DNA from: Escherichia phage T4
Sequence record: NC_000866.4
Length of the DNA: 64,000 bases
Strand: one strand, 5' to 3'
The translations under genes were made by a program, and so were the position numbers. How positions within the stretch are numbered: position 1 is the stretch's first letter; the number at the start of each line of letters is the position of its first letter. Below the pieces are notes generated by a model. That model was given only the letters and a program-made list of their open reading frames with translations. It was not told where the DNA came from and made no database searches. This document shows, piece by piece, positions 10,501-20,845 of this stretch.

Positions 10501-10899
10501 TTATACTCTATTACTGGAAGCCAGCTGCAGTTTTATCTGCTCAATATCATCAGGATTATCGATGACCGAAAAGCGTATTTCTACTATCAGAGTATAATCG
10601 TCATAAACGGGTATCACATTAACTGCTAATTTATCAATACGTGGCTCATAGTTTCTTACTGCGCTTTCGATATTGCGTTCAACCGTGTCAGCAGTAAGAG
10701 GAGTCATATTTTCAAAAAGCTGGTCTGATAAATCACATCCAAATTCAGGGTCAAACGGTCTTGAACCTTTTCTTGTTGTAATAATTCCCAAAAGACTGTT
10801 TTTAATTGACCTTAATCCAAGCGATCTGGAAACGTCTTTGTTCCAATCCATTTTCATTTCCGGGTCAATATCAGAATAAAGCTTATTAATATTTGCCAT
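10501..10899 (-). CDS. 25: Baseplate wedge protein gp25
   Basis: 132-aa ORF recognised as T4 gp25. Confidence 0.93.
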   Translation of the reverse strand: MANINKLYSDIDPEMKMDWNKDVSRSLGLRSIKNSLLGIITTRKGSRPFDPEFGCDLSDQLFENMTPLTADTVERNIESAVRNYEPRIDKLAVNVIPVYDDYTLIVEIRFSVIDNPDDIEQIKLQLASSNRV

Positions 10900-11525
10900 T
10901 ATAGTAACTCAAAGAACTCTTTGAGGCCTCTTATTACGTGAGCATGGGTTTTTCCACACTCTGGACACTTAATTGGAACAGCCAAATAAACGGTAGGCTT
11001 TAAAAGCATATCTTTTATAGCTACAATATCTGACTCTGTGATGATAGAATATAAATCTTCTAGTTCCTTTTCATTTAAGTCTTCAACTGGAATGCTTTCC
11101 CCGTTAGCATGAATCGTTTCTATACATGATACTATCATGTGGGCTATATTTTTATCATCAAAAATTTTAGGGTATCGGAATTTAATTTTAATGTCACCTA
11201 GTGTATACCAGAGGTCTTCTGGTGCATCTATTTGTGTATGTAATAGATTTATATGGGTTGGTATTTCAGTTCCACAGGTGCACTTCCAGGAGTTTTCGTG
11301 ATTAACTTCACCGAGAGAATGTGCCCATAAATGAATCAACAATAGTTCTGATTCTTGGCGGTTTAAATCTTTTGCATTTGTGCAGTCTTTGATTAGCTTT
11401 TTAACAATTACTTCTACGGAACCATTATTTTTGGCAGTAATAAGTTCTAGATATTCTTTAAGCGTGAATGCGCGACAATTGATTATTTTAGAACCAACTC
11501 TCACATCAAATTTGTATTCATACAT
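10899..11525 (-). CDS. 26: Baseplate hub protein gp26
   Basis: 208-aa ORF, ATG verified; position between 25 and 51. Confidence 0.85.
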   Translation of the reverse strand: MYEYKFDVRVGSKIINCRAFTLKEYLELITAKNNGSVEVIVKKLIKDCTNAKDLNRQESELLLIHLWAHSLGEVNHENSWKCTCGTEIPTHINLLHTQIDAPEDLWYTLGDIKIKFRYPKIFDDKNIAHMIVSCIETIHANGESIPVEDLNEKELEDLYSIITESDIVAIKDMLLKPTVYLAVPIKCPECGKTHAHVIRGLKEFFELL

Positions 11526-11548
11526 ATTTAGCTCCTTTATTTATCATA

Positions 11549-11558
11549 TTTATAAATA
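11549..11558. promoter_or_regulatory. Divergent late promoter motifs between genes 26 and 51
   Basis: TATTTATAAATA gives TATAAATA on both strands in the 50-nt divergent intergenic region. Confidence 0.5.
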
Positions 11559-11575
11559 GAATAAAAGGAGCATCT

Positions 11576-12325
11576 ATGGCAAACATTATTCGTTGTAAAT
11601 TACCAGATGGTGTTCATCGTTTTAAACCATTTACGGTAGAAGATTATCGAGATTTTTTGTTAGTTCGAAACGATATAGAACATCGGTCACCACAAGAACA
11701 AAAGCAAATAATTACTGATTTAATTGATGATTATTTTGGAGACTATCCGAAGACTTGGCAACCATTTATATTTTTGCAGGTATTTGTAGGGTCAATAGGT
11801 AAAACTAAAAGTACGGTCACATTTATATGTCCAAAATGTAAAAAAGAAAAGACAGTTCCATTTGAAATATATCAAAAAGAATTAAAGGACCTTGTTTTTG
11901 ATGTAGCTAATGTTAAAATTAAATTAAAGTTTCCTTCTGAGTTTTATGAAAATAAAGCAAAGATGATTACTGAAAATATTCATTCTGTTCAAGTAGATGA
12001 AATATGGTATGATTGGAAGGAAATTAGCGAGTCCAGTCAAATAGAACTAGTTGACGCCATCGAGATAGAAACATTAGAAAAAATTCTCGATGCAATGAAT
12101 CCTATTAATTTAACTCTACACATGTCATGCTGTAATAAGTACATTAAAAAATACACTGATATAGTAGACGTGTTTAAGCTATTAGTTAACCCAGATGAGA
12201 TATTTACTTTTTATCAAATTAATCACACACTCGTAAAAAGTAATTATAGCTTAAATTCAATAAGTAAAATGATTCCTGCCGAGCGCGGATTCGTATTAAA
12301 ACTGATTGAGAAGGATAAACAATAA
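11576..12325 (+). CDS. 51: Baseplate hub assembly protein gp51
   Basis: 249-aa ORF at T4 gene 51 position. Confidence 0.85.
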
Positions 12326-13500
12326 TGAGTATGTTGCAACGCCCCGGATATCCAAATCTCAGCGTTAAATTATTTGATAGCTACGACGCTTGGAGTAATA
12401 ATAGATTTGTTGAATTAGCTGCTACTATTACCACATTAACTATGCGGGATTCTCTTTATGGCCGAAATGAAGGAATGCTGCAGTTTTATGATTCTAAAAA
12501 CATCCATACAAAAATGGATGGAAATGAAATAATTCAGATTTCTGTAGCTAATGCAAATGATATTAATAATGTTAAAACACGAATTTATGGATGTAAGCAT
12601 TTTTCCGTGTCAGTAGATTCAAAAGGTGATAACATCATTGCTATTGAATTGGGAACTATTCATTCTATAGAAAATCTTAAATTTGGTAGACCATTTTTCC
12701 CTGATGCAGGTGAATCTATAAAAGAAATGCTTGGTGTCATTTATCAGGATCGCACATTATTAACTCCAGCAATAAATGCTATAAATGCTTATGTTCCTGA
12801 TATTCCATGGACTAGCACATTTGAAAACTATTTGTCATATGTAAGAGAAGTTGCTCTAGCTGTAGGAAGCGACAAATTTGTATTTGTATGGCAAGACATC
12901 ATGGGCGTTAACATGATGGACTATGATATGATGATAAATCAAGAACCATATCCAATGATTGTCGGTGAGCCATCTTTAATAGGTCAATTCATCCAAGAAT
13001 TAAAATATCCATTAGCATATGATTTCGTTTGGTTGACTAAATCGAATCCTCACAAACGTGACCCAATGAAAAACGCTACTATCTATGCGCATTCATTTTT
13101 AGATTCTTCAATACCAATGATTACTACAGGAAAGGGTGAAAACTCTATTGTGGTGTCAAGGTCAGGTGCTTATTCTGAAATGACTTATAGGAATGGATAT
13201 GAAGAAGCTATTCGTCTTCAAACTATGGCACAATATGACGGCTATGCTAAATGTTCTACTATCGGTAATTTTAACTTGACTCCTGGTGTTAAAATTATTT
13301 TTAATGATAGTAAAAACCAATTTAAAACAGAATTTTACGTTGATGAAGTTATCCATGAATTATCCAATAATAATTCAGTAACTCATCTATATATGTTCAC
13401 TAATGCAACGAAACTGGAAACAATAGACCCAGTTAAGGTTAAAAATGAATTTAAATCTGATACTACCACTGAAGAAAGTAGTTCTTCCAATAAGCAATAA
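12325..13500 (+). CDS. 27: Baseplate hub protein gp27
   Basis: 391-aa ORF; size and position match T4 gp27. Confidence 0.9.
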
Positions 13501-13978
13501 AGAAGTTTCTATTCCTAAAATGGGTCTTAAACATTATAACATTTTAAAAGATGTTAAAGGTCCTGATGAAAATTTAAAACTTCTCATTGATTCTATTTGT
13601 CCGAATTTATCACCGGCAGAAGTTGATTTCGTTTCTATTCATTTATTGGAATTTAATGGAAAGATTAAATCTCGTAAAGAAATAGATGGTTATACTTATG
13701 ACATTAATGATGTTTATGTATGCCAAAGATTGGAATTTCAATACCAAGGAAATACATTTTATTTTAGACCTCCTGGAAAATTTGAACAATTTTTAACGGT
13801 GAGCGATATGTTATCTAAATGCTTACTTAGGGTCAACGATGAAGTTAAAGAAATTAATTTTCTTGAGATGCCAGCATTCGTTTTAAAATGGGCAAATGAT
13901 ATTTTTACAACTTTAGCAATTCCTGGCCCTAATGGTCCAATAACTGGAATTGGCAATATTATTGGATTATTTGAATGA
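13445..13978 (+). CDS. 28: Baseplate hub distal protein gp28
   Basis: 177-aa ORF overlapping the end of gene 27 in another frame. Confidence 0.85.
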
Positions 13979-15747
13979 AAAAGCCACAAGAAATGCAAAC
14001 GATGCGTAGAAAAGTTATTTCAGATAATAAACCAACACAGGAAGCGGCTAAATCCGCTTCTAATACTTTATCTGGGCTTAATGACATATCTACGAAATTG
14101 GATGATGCTCAAGCTGCTTCTGAATTAATAGCTCAAACTGTCGAAGAAAAATCGAATGAAATAATTGGAGCAATTGACAATGTAGAAAGCGCAGTGAGTG
14201 ATACATCTGCCGGTTCTGAGTTAATTGCTGAAACTGTCGAAATTGGCAACAATATTAATAAAGAAATCGGTGAATCGCTCGGAAGCAAATTAGATAAATT
14301 AACAAGTTTACTAGAGCAAAAAATCCAGACAGCTGGAATTCAACAGACTGGAACTAGTTTAGCTACGGTTGAAAGCGCTATTCCTGTTAAAGTCGTTGAG
14401 GATGATACTGCTGAATCTGTGGGTCCTTTATTACCAGCTCCTGAAGCAGTTAATAATGATCCTGACGCTGATTTTTTCCCTACCCCTCAGCCAGTTGAGC
14501 CAAAGCAAGAATCACCAGAAGAAAAACAGAAAAAAGAAGCATTTAACTTAAAATTATCTCAAGCTTTAGATAAATTAACGAAGACTGTTGATTTTGGATT
14601 TAAAAAATCCATTTCAATTACTGATAAAATATCAAGCATGCTATTTAAGTACACCGTCAGTGCTGCTATTGAAGCTGCTAAAATGACTGCAATGATATTG
14701 GCTGTTGTTGTTGGAATAGACCTTTTGATGATTCACTTTAAATACTGGTCAGATAAATTTTCAAAAGCCTGGGATTTGTTTAGTACAGACTTTACCAAAT
14801 TCTCTAGCGAAACCGGAACTTGGGGTCCTTTATTACAGAGCATCTTTGATTCTATTGATAAAATTAAACAACTTTGGGAAGCGGGAGATTGGGGTGGATT
14901 GACAGTAGCTATTGTTGAAGGGCTTGGAAAGGTTCTTTTTAATTTAGGTGAACTTATTCAATTAGGTATGGCTAAATTATCTGCAGCAATTCTTCGAGTC
15001 ATTCCTGGTATGAAGGATACTGCTGATGAAGTAGAAGGAAGAGCATTAGAAAATTTCCAAAATTCTACTGGAGCATCTCTCAATAAAGAAGACCAAGAAA
15101 AAGTAGCAAATTATCAAGATAAACGAATGAATGGAGACCTTGGCCCAATAGCAGAAGGACTAGACAAAATCTCTAACTGGAAAACTCGTGCATCTAACTG
15201 GATTCGTGGTGTAGATAATAAAGAAGCGCTGACTACCGACGAAGAGCGTGCGGCAGAAGAAGAAAAATTAAAGCAACTTTCACCGGAAGAAAGAAAAAAT
15301 GCTTTAATGAAGGCTAATGAAGCTCGTGCTGCGATGATTCGTTTTGAAAAATATGCCGATTCAGCTGATATGAGTAAAGACTCAACGGTTAAATCAGTTG
15401 AAGCTGCCTATGAAGACCTTAAAAAACGGATGGATGACCCGGATTTAAATAATTCACCGGCAGTTAAAAAAGAACTTGCTGCTAGATTTTCTAAAATTGA
15501 TGCTACTTATCAAGAGCTCAAGAAAAATCAGCCTAATGCCAAACCTGAAACTTCTGCTAAATCACCAGAAGCGAAACAAGTCCAGGTGATTGAAAAGAAC
15601 AAAGCACAGCAAGCTCCTGTTCAACAAGCATCTCCTTCGATCAATAATACTAATAATGTTATTAAGAAAAATACTGTCGTTCATAATATGACACCTGTAA
15701 CGAGCACGACTGCTCCTGGTGTATTTGATGCGACTGGAGTTAATTAA
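13975..15747 (+). CDS. 29: Tail tube tape-measure / baseplate hub protein gp29
   Basis: 590-aa ORF, helical and Ala/Glu/Lys-rich; position match. Confidence 0.9.
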   Translation: MKKPQEMQTMRRKVISDNKPTQEAAKSASNTLSGLNDISTKLDDAQAASELIAQTVEEKSNEIIGAIDNVESAVSDTSAGSELIAETVEIGNNINKEIGESLGSKLDKLTSLLEQKIQTAGIQQTGTSLATVESAIPVKVVEDDTAESVGPLLPAPEAVNNDPDADFFPTPQPVEPKQESPEEKQKKEAFNLKLSQALDKLTKTVDFGFKKSISITDKISSMLFKYTVSAAIEAAKMTAMILAVVVGIDLLMIHFKYWSDKFSKAWDLFSTDFTKFSSETGTWGPLLQSIFDSIDKIKQLWEAGDWGGLTVAIVEGLGKVLFNLGELIQLGMAKLSAAILRVIPGMKDTADEVEGRALENFQNSTGASLNKEDQEKVANYQDKRMNGDLGPIAEGLDKISNWKTRASNWIRGVDNKEALTTDEERAAEEEKLKQLSPEERKNALMKANEARAAMIRFEKYADSADMSKDSTVKSVEAAYEDLKKRMDDPDLNNSPAVKKELAARFSKIDATYQELKKNQPNAKPETSAKSPEAKQVQVIEKNKAQQAPVQQASPSINNTNNVIKKNTVVHNMTPVTSTTAPGVFDATGVN

Positions 15748-15755
15748 GGAATAAT

Positions 15756-16850
15756 ATGGCAATTGTTAAAGAAATAACTGCTGATTTAATTAAAAAGTCC
15801 GGTGAGAAAATTTCAGCCGGACAGAGTACTAAATCAGAAGTAGGAACTAAAACATACACAGCCCAGTTTCCAACTGGGCGTGCTAGTGGTAATGACACTA
15901 CAGAGGACTTCCAGGTAACAGATCTATATAAGAATGGATTATTATTTACTGCATACAATATGTCATCTAGGGATTCTGGAAGTCTTAGATCGATGAGATC
16001 TAACTACTCTTCTTCATCTTCGAGTATTTTACGTACAGCTAGAAACACTATTAGTAGTACAGTATCAAAACTATCAAATGGATTAATATCAAATAATAAT
16101 TCAGGAACAATAAGTAAATCTCCTATCGCAAACATTCTTTTACCGAGATCTAAATCTGATGTTGATACATCATCACATAGATTTAATGATGTTCAAGAAA
16201 GCCTTATCAGTAGAGGCGGAGGTACTGCTACTGGTGTGCTAAGTAATATTGCTTCAACCGCAGTATTTGGGGCACTGGAAAGTATAACACAAGGTATAAT
16301 GGCTGATAATAATGAACAGATTTATACGACAGCCAGAAGTATGTATGGTGGTGCTGAAAATAGAACTAAAGTGTTTACATGGGATTTGACTCCACGTTCA
16401 ACAGAAGATTTAATGGCTATTATTAATATCTATCAATATTTTAACTATTTTTCTTATGGTGAAACGGGTAAATCTCAATATGCTGCTGAAATAAAGGGGT
16501 ATTTAGATGATTGGTATCGTTCTACGTTAATTGAACCTTTATCTCCGGAAGACGCAGCTAAAAATAAAACACTATTTGAGAAAATGACATCGAGTTTAAC
16601 TAACGTTCTAGTAGTTTCAAACCCGACAGTTTGGATGGTGAAAAACTTTGGCGCAACATCTAAGTTTGATGGAAAAACGGAAATATTTGGTCCATGTCAA
16701 ATACAGAGCATTAGATTTGATAAAACACCTAATGGTAACTTTAACGGATTAGCTATTGCTCCAAACCTCCCTAGTACATTTACTCTCGAGATTACTATGA
16801 GAGAAATTATCACGTTAAACCGTGCTTCTTTATATGCGGGGACTTTTTAA
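15756..16850 (+). CDS. 48: Baseplate-tail tube junction protein gp48
   Basis: 364-aa ORF; position match. Confidence 0.9.
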   Translation: MAIVKEITADLIKKSGEKISAGQSTKSEVGTKTYTAQFPTGRASGNDTTEDFQVTDLYKNGLLFTAYNMSSRDSGSLRSMRSNYSSSSSSILRTARNTISSTVSKLSNGLISNNNSGTISKSPIANILLPRSKSDVDTSSHRFNDVQESLISRGGGTATGVLSNIASTAVFGALESITQGIMADNNEQIYTTARSMYGGAENRTKVFTWDLTPRSTEDLMAIINIYQYFNYFSYGETGKSQYAAEIKGYLDDWYRSTLIEPLSPEDAAKNKTLFEKMTSSLTNVLVVSNPTVWMVKNFGATSKFDGKTEIFGPCQIQSIRFDKTPNGNFNGLAIAPNLPSTFTLEITMREIITLNRASLYAGTF

Positions 16851-17812
16851 TGTATTCTTTAGAGGAATTTAATAATCAAGCAATAAACGCAGATTTCCAA
16901 CGTAATAATATGTTTAGCTGCGTTTTTGCGACAACTCCATCAACTAAAAGCTCTTCGTTGATAAGTTCAATTAGCAACTTTTCTTATAATAACTTGGGCC
17001 TAAATTCAGATTGGTTAGGATTAACTCAAGGTGATATTAATCAGGGAATTACCACGCTAATTACAGCTGGCACACAAAAACTGATAAGAAAATCAGGAGT
17101 CAGTAAATATCTTATTGGTGCCATGAGTCAACGTACAGTTCAAAGTTTATTAGGCTCATTTACAGTTGGTACATATTTAATTGACTTCTTTAACATGGCA
17201 TATAACTCATCTGGATTGATGATATACTCTGTAAAAATGCCAGAGAATAGATTATCCTATGAAACTGACTGGAACTATAATTCTCCTAATATTCGTATAA
17301 CCGGAAGAGAATTAGACCCTTTGGTTATTTCATTTAGAATGGATTCAGAAGCTTGTAACTATCGTGCAATGCAAGACTGGGTTAACTCCGTTCAAGACCC
17401 AGTAACTGGACTGCGTGCTTTGCCACAAGATGTCGAGGCAGATATTCAGGTTAATCTTCATTCTCGCAATGGATTACCTCATACTGCGGTGATGTTCACG
17501 ATGCATTCAATATCAGTGAGCGCTCCTGAGTTATCATATGATGGAGATAACCAAATAACTACATTTGATGTTACTTTTGCGTACAGAGTGATGCAGGCTG
17601 GAGCAGTTGATAGGCAACGTGCGCTTGAATGGCTTGAATCTGCTGCTATAAATGGTATTCAAAGCGTTCTCGGAAATAGTGGAGGTGTTACTGGACTATC
17701 TAATTCGCTTTCACGACTTAGTAGATTAGGGGGAACTGCAGGAAGCATTTCAAACATTAATACTATGACAGGAATTGTCAATTCGCAGAGTAAAATATTA
17801 GGAGCAATATAA
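16850..17812 (+). CDS. 54: Baseplate-tail tube initiator gp54
   Basis: 320-aa ORF; position match. Confidence 0.9.
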   Translation: MYSLEEFNNQAINADFQRNNMFSCVFATTPSTKSSSLISSISNFSYNNLGLNSDWLGLTQGDINQGITTLITAGTQKLIRKSGVSKYLIGAMSQRTVQSLLGSFTVGTYLIDFFNMAYNSSGLMIYSVKMPENRLSYETDWNYNSPNIRITGRELDPLVISFRMDSEACNYRAMQDWVNSVQDPVTGLRALPQDVEADIQVNLHSRNGLPHTAVMFTMHSISVSAPELSYDGDNQITTFDVTFAYRVMQAGAVDRQRALEWLESAAINGIQSVLGNSGGVTGLSNSLSRLSRLGGTAGSISNINTMTGIVNSQSKILGAI

Positions 17813-17816
17813 CAAT

Positions 17817-17838
17817 GGGGACCGAAAGGTCCATATTT
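17817..17838. terminator. Hairpin terminator after gene 54 / alt.-3
   Basis: GGACC-gaaa-GGTCC followed by ATATTTTTATTT. Confidence 0.6.
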
Positions 17839-18129
17839 TTATTTACGGAATGAAATGAAAGCAGCAACTGAAGCAACTAAACTGTCTTCAATATAAACTT
17901 CAATTTTTACAGGAGCTTCTGACTCAAATTTACCTGTTACTACACCCTGAAAAATACTTTCAGTCTGTTCTGGCTTTGAAAAATTTTCAGAAGGAAAAAT
18001 TCCGAACTTTTTATCTGTTCCAAAAATTTTGATAAATTCATCGTAAACCGCTTCGTTAAAAGCATTATCAGCAGGAATAACGCCTTCAACTACAAGTTCT
18101 TGACCTAAAAAGCGTAAAGAAGATTTCAT
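17839..18129 (-). CDS. hypothetical protein (T4 alt.-3 position)
   Basis: 96-aa ORF with AGGA ribosome-binding site just upstream of the ATG. Confidence 0.65.
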   Translation of the reverse strand: MKSSLRFLGQELVVEGVIPADNAFNEAVYDEFIKIFGTDKKFGIFPSENFSKPEQTESIFQGVVTGKFESEAPVKIEVYIEDSLVASVAAFISFRK

Positions 18130-18154
18130 TTTGTGTTCCTCATGTTATGTTAGT

Positions 18155-18195
18155 AAGACTACTATAACACAACACGAGGGACTTGTAAACTACAT
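18155..18195 (-). promoter_or_regulatory. T4-type early promoter
   Basis: minus strand GTTTACA (-35), 17-nt spacer, TATAGT (-10). Confidence 0.6.
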
Positions 18196-18365
18196 TTTGA
18201 ACTTTTTAGTACGCGTAATAGGCATGCGTCGATTTTATACTGTTTCATTGTTTGAAGAGCAGTATCAAAAACAGCATTAATGACACCAATTGGATTTCCA
18301 CCCAAGTTTTTAAGCTTAACTAATGATAGTTTCTCATTAACACCTATCATTACGATATGCATCAT
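18162..18365 (-). CDS. Alt N-terminal paralogue fragment (T4 alt.-2 position)
   Basis: 67-aa ORF aligning to Alt residues about 64-120 (QTMKQYKIDACLLRVLKS vs QTMRQYKIDACMLRILKS). Confidence 0.6.
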   Translation of the reverse strand: MMHIVMIGVNEKLSLVKLKNLGGNPIGVINAVFDTALQTMKQYKIDACLLRVLKSSKCSLQVPRVVL

Positions 18366-18547
18366 TTTATCGCCTGGTTTAACGTTTTATTTGTATCACC
18401 GCCAGAGGTGTATGTACAAAATCTAAATCCAGGAAGTACACTTTCTTCACCGGCTTGAATAGCAAAAATTTGTGGTATTTTATGCTTAGGATTTAATGTA
18501 ACAACCGGCGCCGAAGCGCCGTCAAATAATTCTGTAATAAGTTCCAT
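18362..18547 (-). CDS. Alt N-terminal paralogue fragment (T4 alt.-1 position)
   Basis: 61-aa ORF aligning to Alt residues 1-60 (MELITELFD...PGFRFCTYTSGGDTN). Confidence 0.6.
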   Translation of the reverse strand: MELITELFDGASAPVVTLNPKHKIPQIFAIQAGEESVLPGFRFCTYTSGGDTNKTLNQAIK

Positions 18548-18550
18548 GAT

Positions 18551-20602
18551 TTATCCTTGAACGAACTTGTAAGGCATGTTTGCAATATCTATGCAAGACG
18601 CAATAATTCCAAGAGATGATTCTACTTTCTGTTTAACATTTGATGAAACAAATGATGCAAAGTCAACTCTATCTTCTATATCACCTGTCATTGTAACCAA
18701 TTCACCAGTTTCCATTAAATGGTCTCCGTCATAGATTACCGATTCGGTGAGTTCTTCTGTGGTCATAACTTCAGCTTGAATAAGCTTGTTGTTAGTTTTA
18801 ACTGTTCCATCATTGTAAGATGCATCGGTTATTTTATTAACTTTGACCATTAATCCACGTGGCAAAATGACTTCCATTTCATTTGAAGGCGCTAAACTTC
18901 CACCGGGTAAAACAACATTGACCTTATCAGCCCCAGTAATAACCCATCCAATTCCAACTAAATTATCGCTAGAATTTACAAGTCCTTCATCAGTTTTATC
19001 AATAGAAACGCTTAAACGCTTTTCGTCTGGTAAAACACCTATAGATGAATCAGTCATCCAAGTACCAAAAATATTTGGATATAATGATGTTGACACAAAG
19101 TTTCTAAAATAAAAAACTCGATTTTTTACCATTGCTTCGTATATTGAAGGTAACATTCGTTGTGAACGATACAAAGTAATACCTTTTGGTAATCGTTCAC
19201 CATTTTTAAAGGCTGAATCTAAATTATCAATAGCTTTTTCTATGTCAGATGCTGTCAAAATACTTGTACGCTCATCTGGATTATATAATCCCAAAAGAGC
19301 ATTATTTATGTCTACATATCCTGAACCTACGTATTCACGAATTCCGCGTTTTTGCGCTGGTGTGTATTTAGATGAATCTTTATTTTCGACTATAGGATGT
19401 AATGACCATCCAGCGGTAAGAGCATATCCACGTAATTCTCTTCGAATAATCTTTGTTTTTATTGCATTCCAAGAATTTTGTACTAACTCATTTGCAGCAT
19501 CTTGGTTTAAATGCGAATGTTTGTTAATATTTCTTTCAAACCAAGCACCCTTATATTTTTCTAAAGTATCATCGACGATAGAAGCAATAGTTTCTAAGGT
19601 TTTTATTGAAGTAATAGATTCTTTTCGTAATCTTTCTAAAGCTTTATTTTTTATTTCTGCGTTAATAATGGATTCTTTATCTTCAGGAATTATAGAAGCT
19701 TCTCTGAATGCCATCCCAGCTGTAACACTGCTAAGAGCATTCTCTAGTGCAAATCCTGAAGTAGAAATTACCGTTAATTCATTAGAATCAGAAATTAAAG
19801 GCGCGTCCGCTGGTTTATTTAATTCGGCCGCTGAAGCCTCAAATTTTTGAAACATTGGTGTTTCAAATCTAGAAGATTCCAATGACTGACTTTGCGCAAT
19901 TGCTCTACGGGAAATTTTAACTTTAACGATTACAGCTTGGTCAGAACGTTTATCATTTTCTTGCGCAATAGATGCTGCAATTGCCTCATTTTTAGTTACT
20001 TGAGCCCCAGTATCTTTATTGATATAAACATCACCGACCTTCGATTCAACTTTAGTAAAGAGCTCGGTACTAATTTCCGGAACTCCTGGAATGTCTTCTA
20101 GTGATACATTTTTGCGATGTATAAGAATATATGCATACTTTTTATCGTAATCCCAGAGTTCCTTAAGAAGGACGTATCTACCACCTGAACGACTACGGAT
20201 AAGTCTATCAGCAATAACTTGAATTTGTCGAGCTTGGCCAGCAGTTTTAGACTTAAGAATACGGAGCATACAGGCATCAATTTTATACTGGCGCATTGTT
20301 TGCATTGCAACAGTAAAAACTGAATTGATATAATTAATTGGGCTTGGACCAAGACCTTTTAATTTAGCAATTGAACCTTTAGCAGTTAATGTAAAAGGAA
20401 CAATATGCATCATTTTATCGCCCATCTTTAAATCACGATTAGTATCACCTCCAGATGTATAGGTACATAAACGAAAGCCTGGTTGTTCAATTGCATCATC
20501 AACATGAACTGAAAAAATTTGCGGTATTTTCTTCTTTGGATATAAGTTTGTAATTGGAAGAGTAGTATCTTCGTCAAATAATTCTGTAATAAGTTCCATC
20601 AT
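18551..20602 (-). CDS. alt: Alt ADP-ribosyltransferase (packaged with DNA, modifies host RNA polymerase)
   Basis: 683-aa ORF recognised as T4 Alt. Confidence 0.9.
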   Translation of the reverse strand: MMELITELFDEDTTLPITNLYPKKKIPQIFSVHVDDAIEQPGFRLCTYTSGGDTNRDLKMGDKMMHIVPFTLTAKGSIAKLKGLGPSPINYINSVFTVAMQTMRQYKIDACMLRILKSKTAGQARQIQVIADRLIRSRSGGRYVLLKELWDYDKKYAYILIHRKNVSLEDIPGVPEISTELFTKVESKVGDVYINKDTGAQVTKNEAIAASIAQENDKRSDQAVIVKVKISRRAIAQSQSLESSRFETPMFQKFEASAAELNKPADAPLISDSNELTVISTSGFALENALSSVTAGMAFREASIIPEDKESIINAEIKNKALERLRKESITSIKTLETIASIVDDTLEKYKGAWFERNINKHSHLNQDAANELVQNSWNAIKTKIIRRELRGYALTAGWSLHPIVENKDSSKYTPAQKRGIREYVGSGYVDINNALLGLYNPDERTSILTASDIEKAIDNLDSAFKNGERLPKGITLYRSQRMLPSIYEAMVKNRVFYFRNFVSTSLYPNIFGTWMTDSSIGVLPDEKRLSVSIDKTDEGLVNSSDNLVGIGWVITGADKVNVVLPGGSLAPSNEMEVILPRGLMVKVNKITDASYNDGTVKTNNKLIQAEVMTTEELTESVIYDGDHLMETGELVTMTGDIEDRVDFASFVSSNVKQKVESSLGIIASCIDIANMPYKFVQG

Positions 20603-20640
20603 ATCCTCTCTAGTGTTTATTCTATTCTATTTATAAAATT

Positions 20641-20658
20641 AAAGGCCCGAAGGCCTTT
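20641..20658 (-). terminator. Hairpin between alt.1 and alt
   Basis: AAAGGCC-cgaa-GGCCTTT. Confidence 0.45.
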
Positions 20659-20845
20659 AATAATCTATTGGTAAGAGAGTACGATATATTTCAAACTTTG
20701 GACCTTTTTCATAAGCATCAAATGTTTCTGTGAATTTATTATAAGCATATGCATCTATAAATTCAATCATGATTTGTGATACAGAAGTAGAAACATCTCC
20801 ACCTTCTTTTTGAGCCACGACAATTGTTTCTAAGTAAGCTTTCAT
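20657..20845 (-). CDS. hypothetical protein (T4 alt.1 position)
   Basis: 62-aa ORF overlapping gene 30 stop. Confidence 0.55.
   Translation of the reverse strand: MKAYLETIVVAQKEGGDVSTSVSQIMIEFIDAYAYNKFTETFDAYEKGPKFEIYRTLLPIDY

Noticed and set aside
19242-19850. 202-aa plus-strand ORF
   Set aside because: Lies entirely antisense within alt, which is confidently called; no ribosome-binding site and an unusual composition; treated as a spurious antisense ORF.
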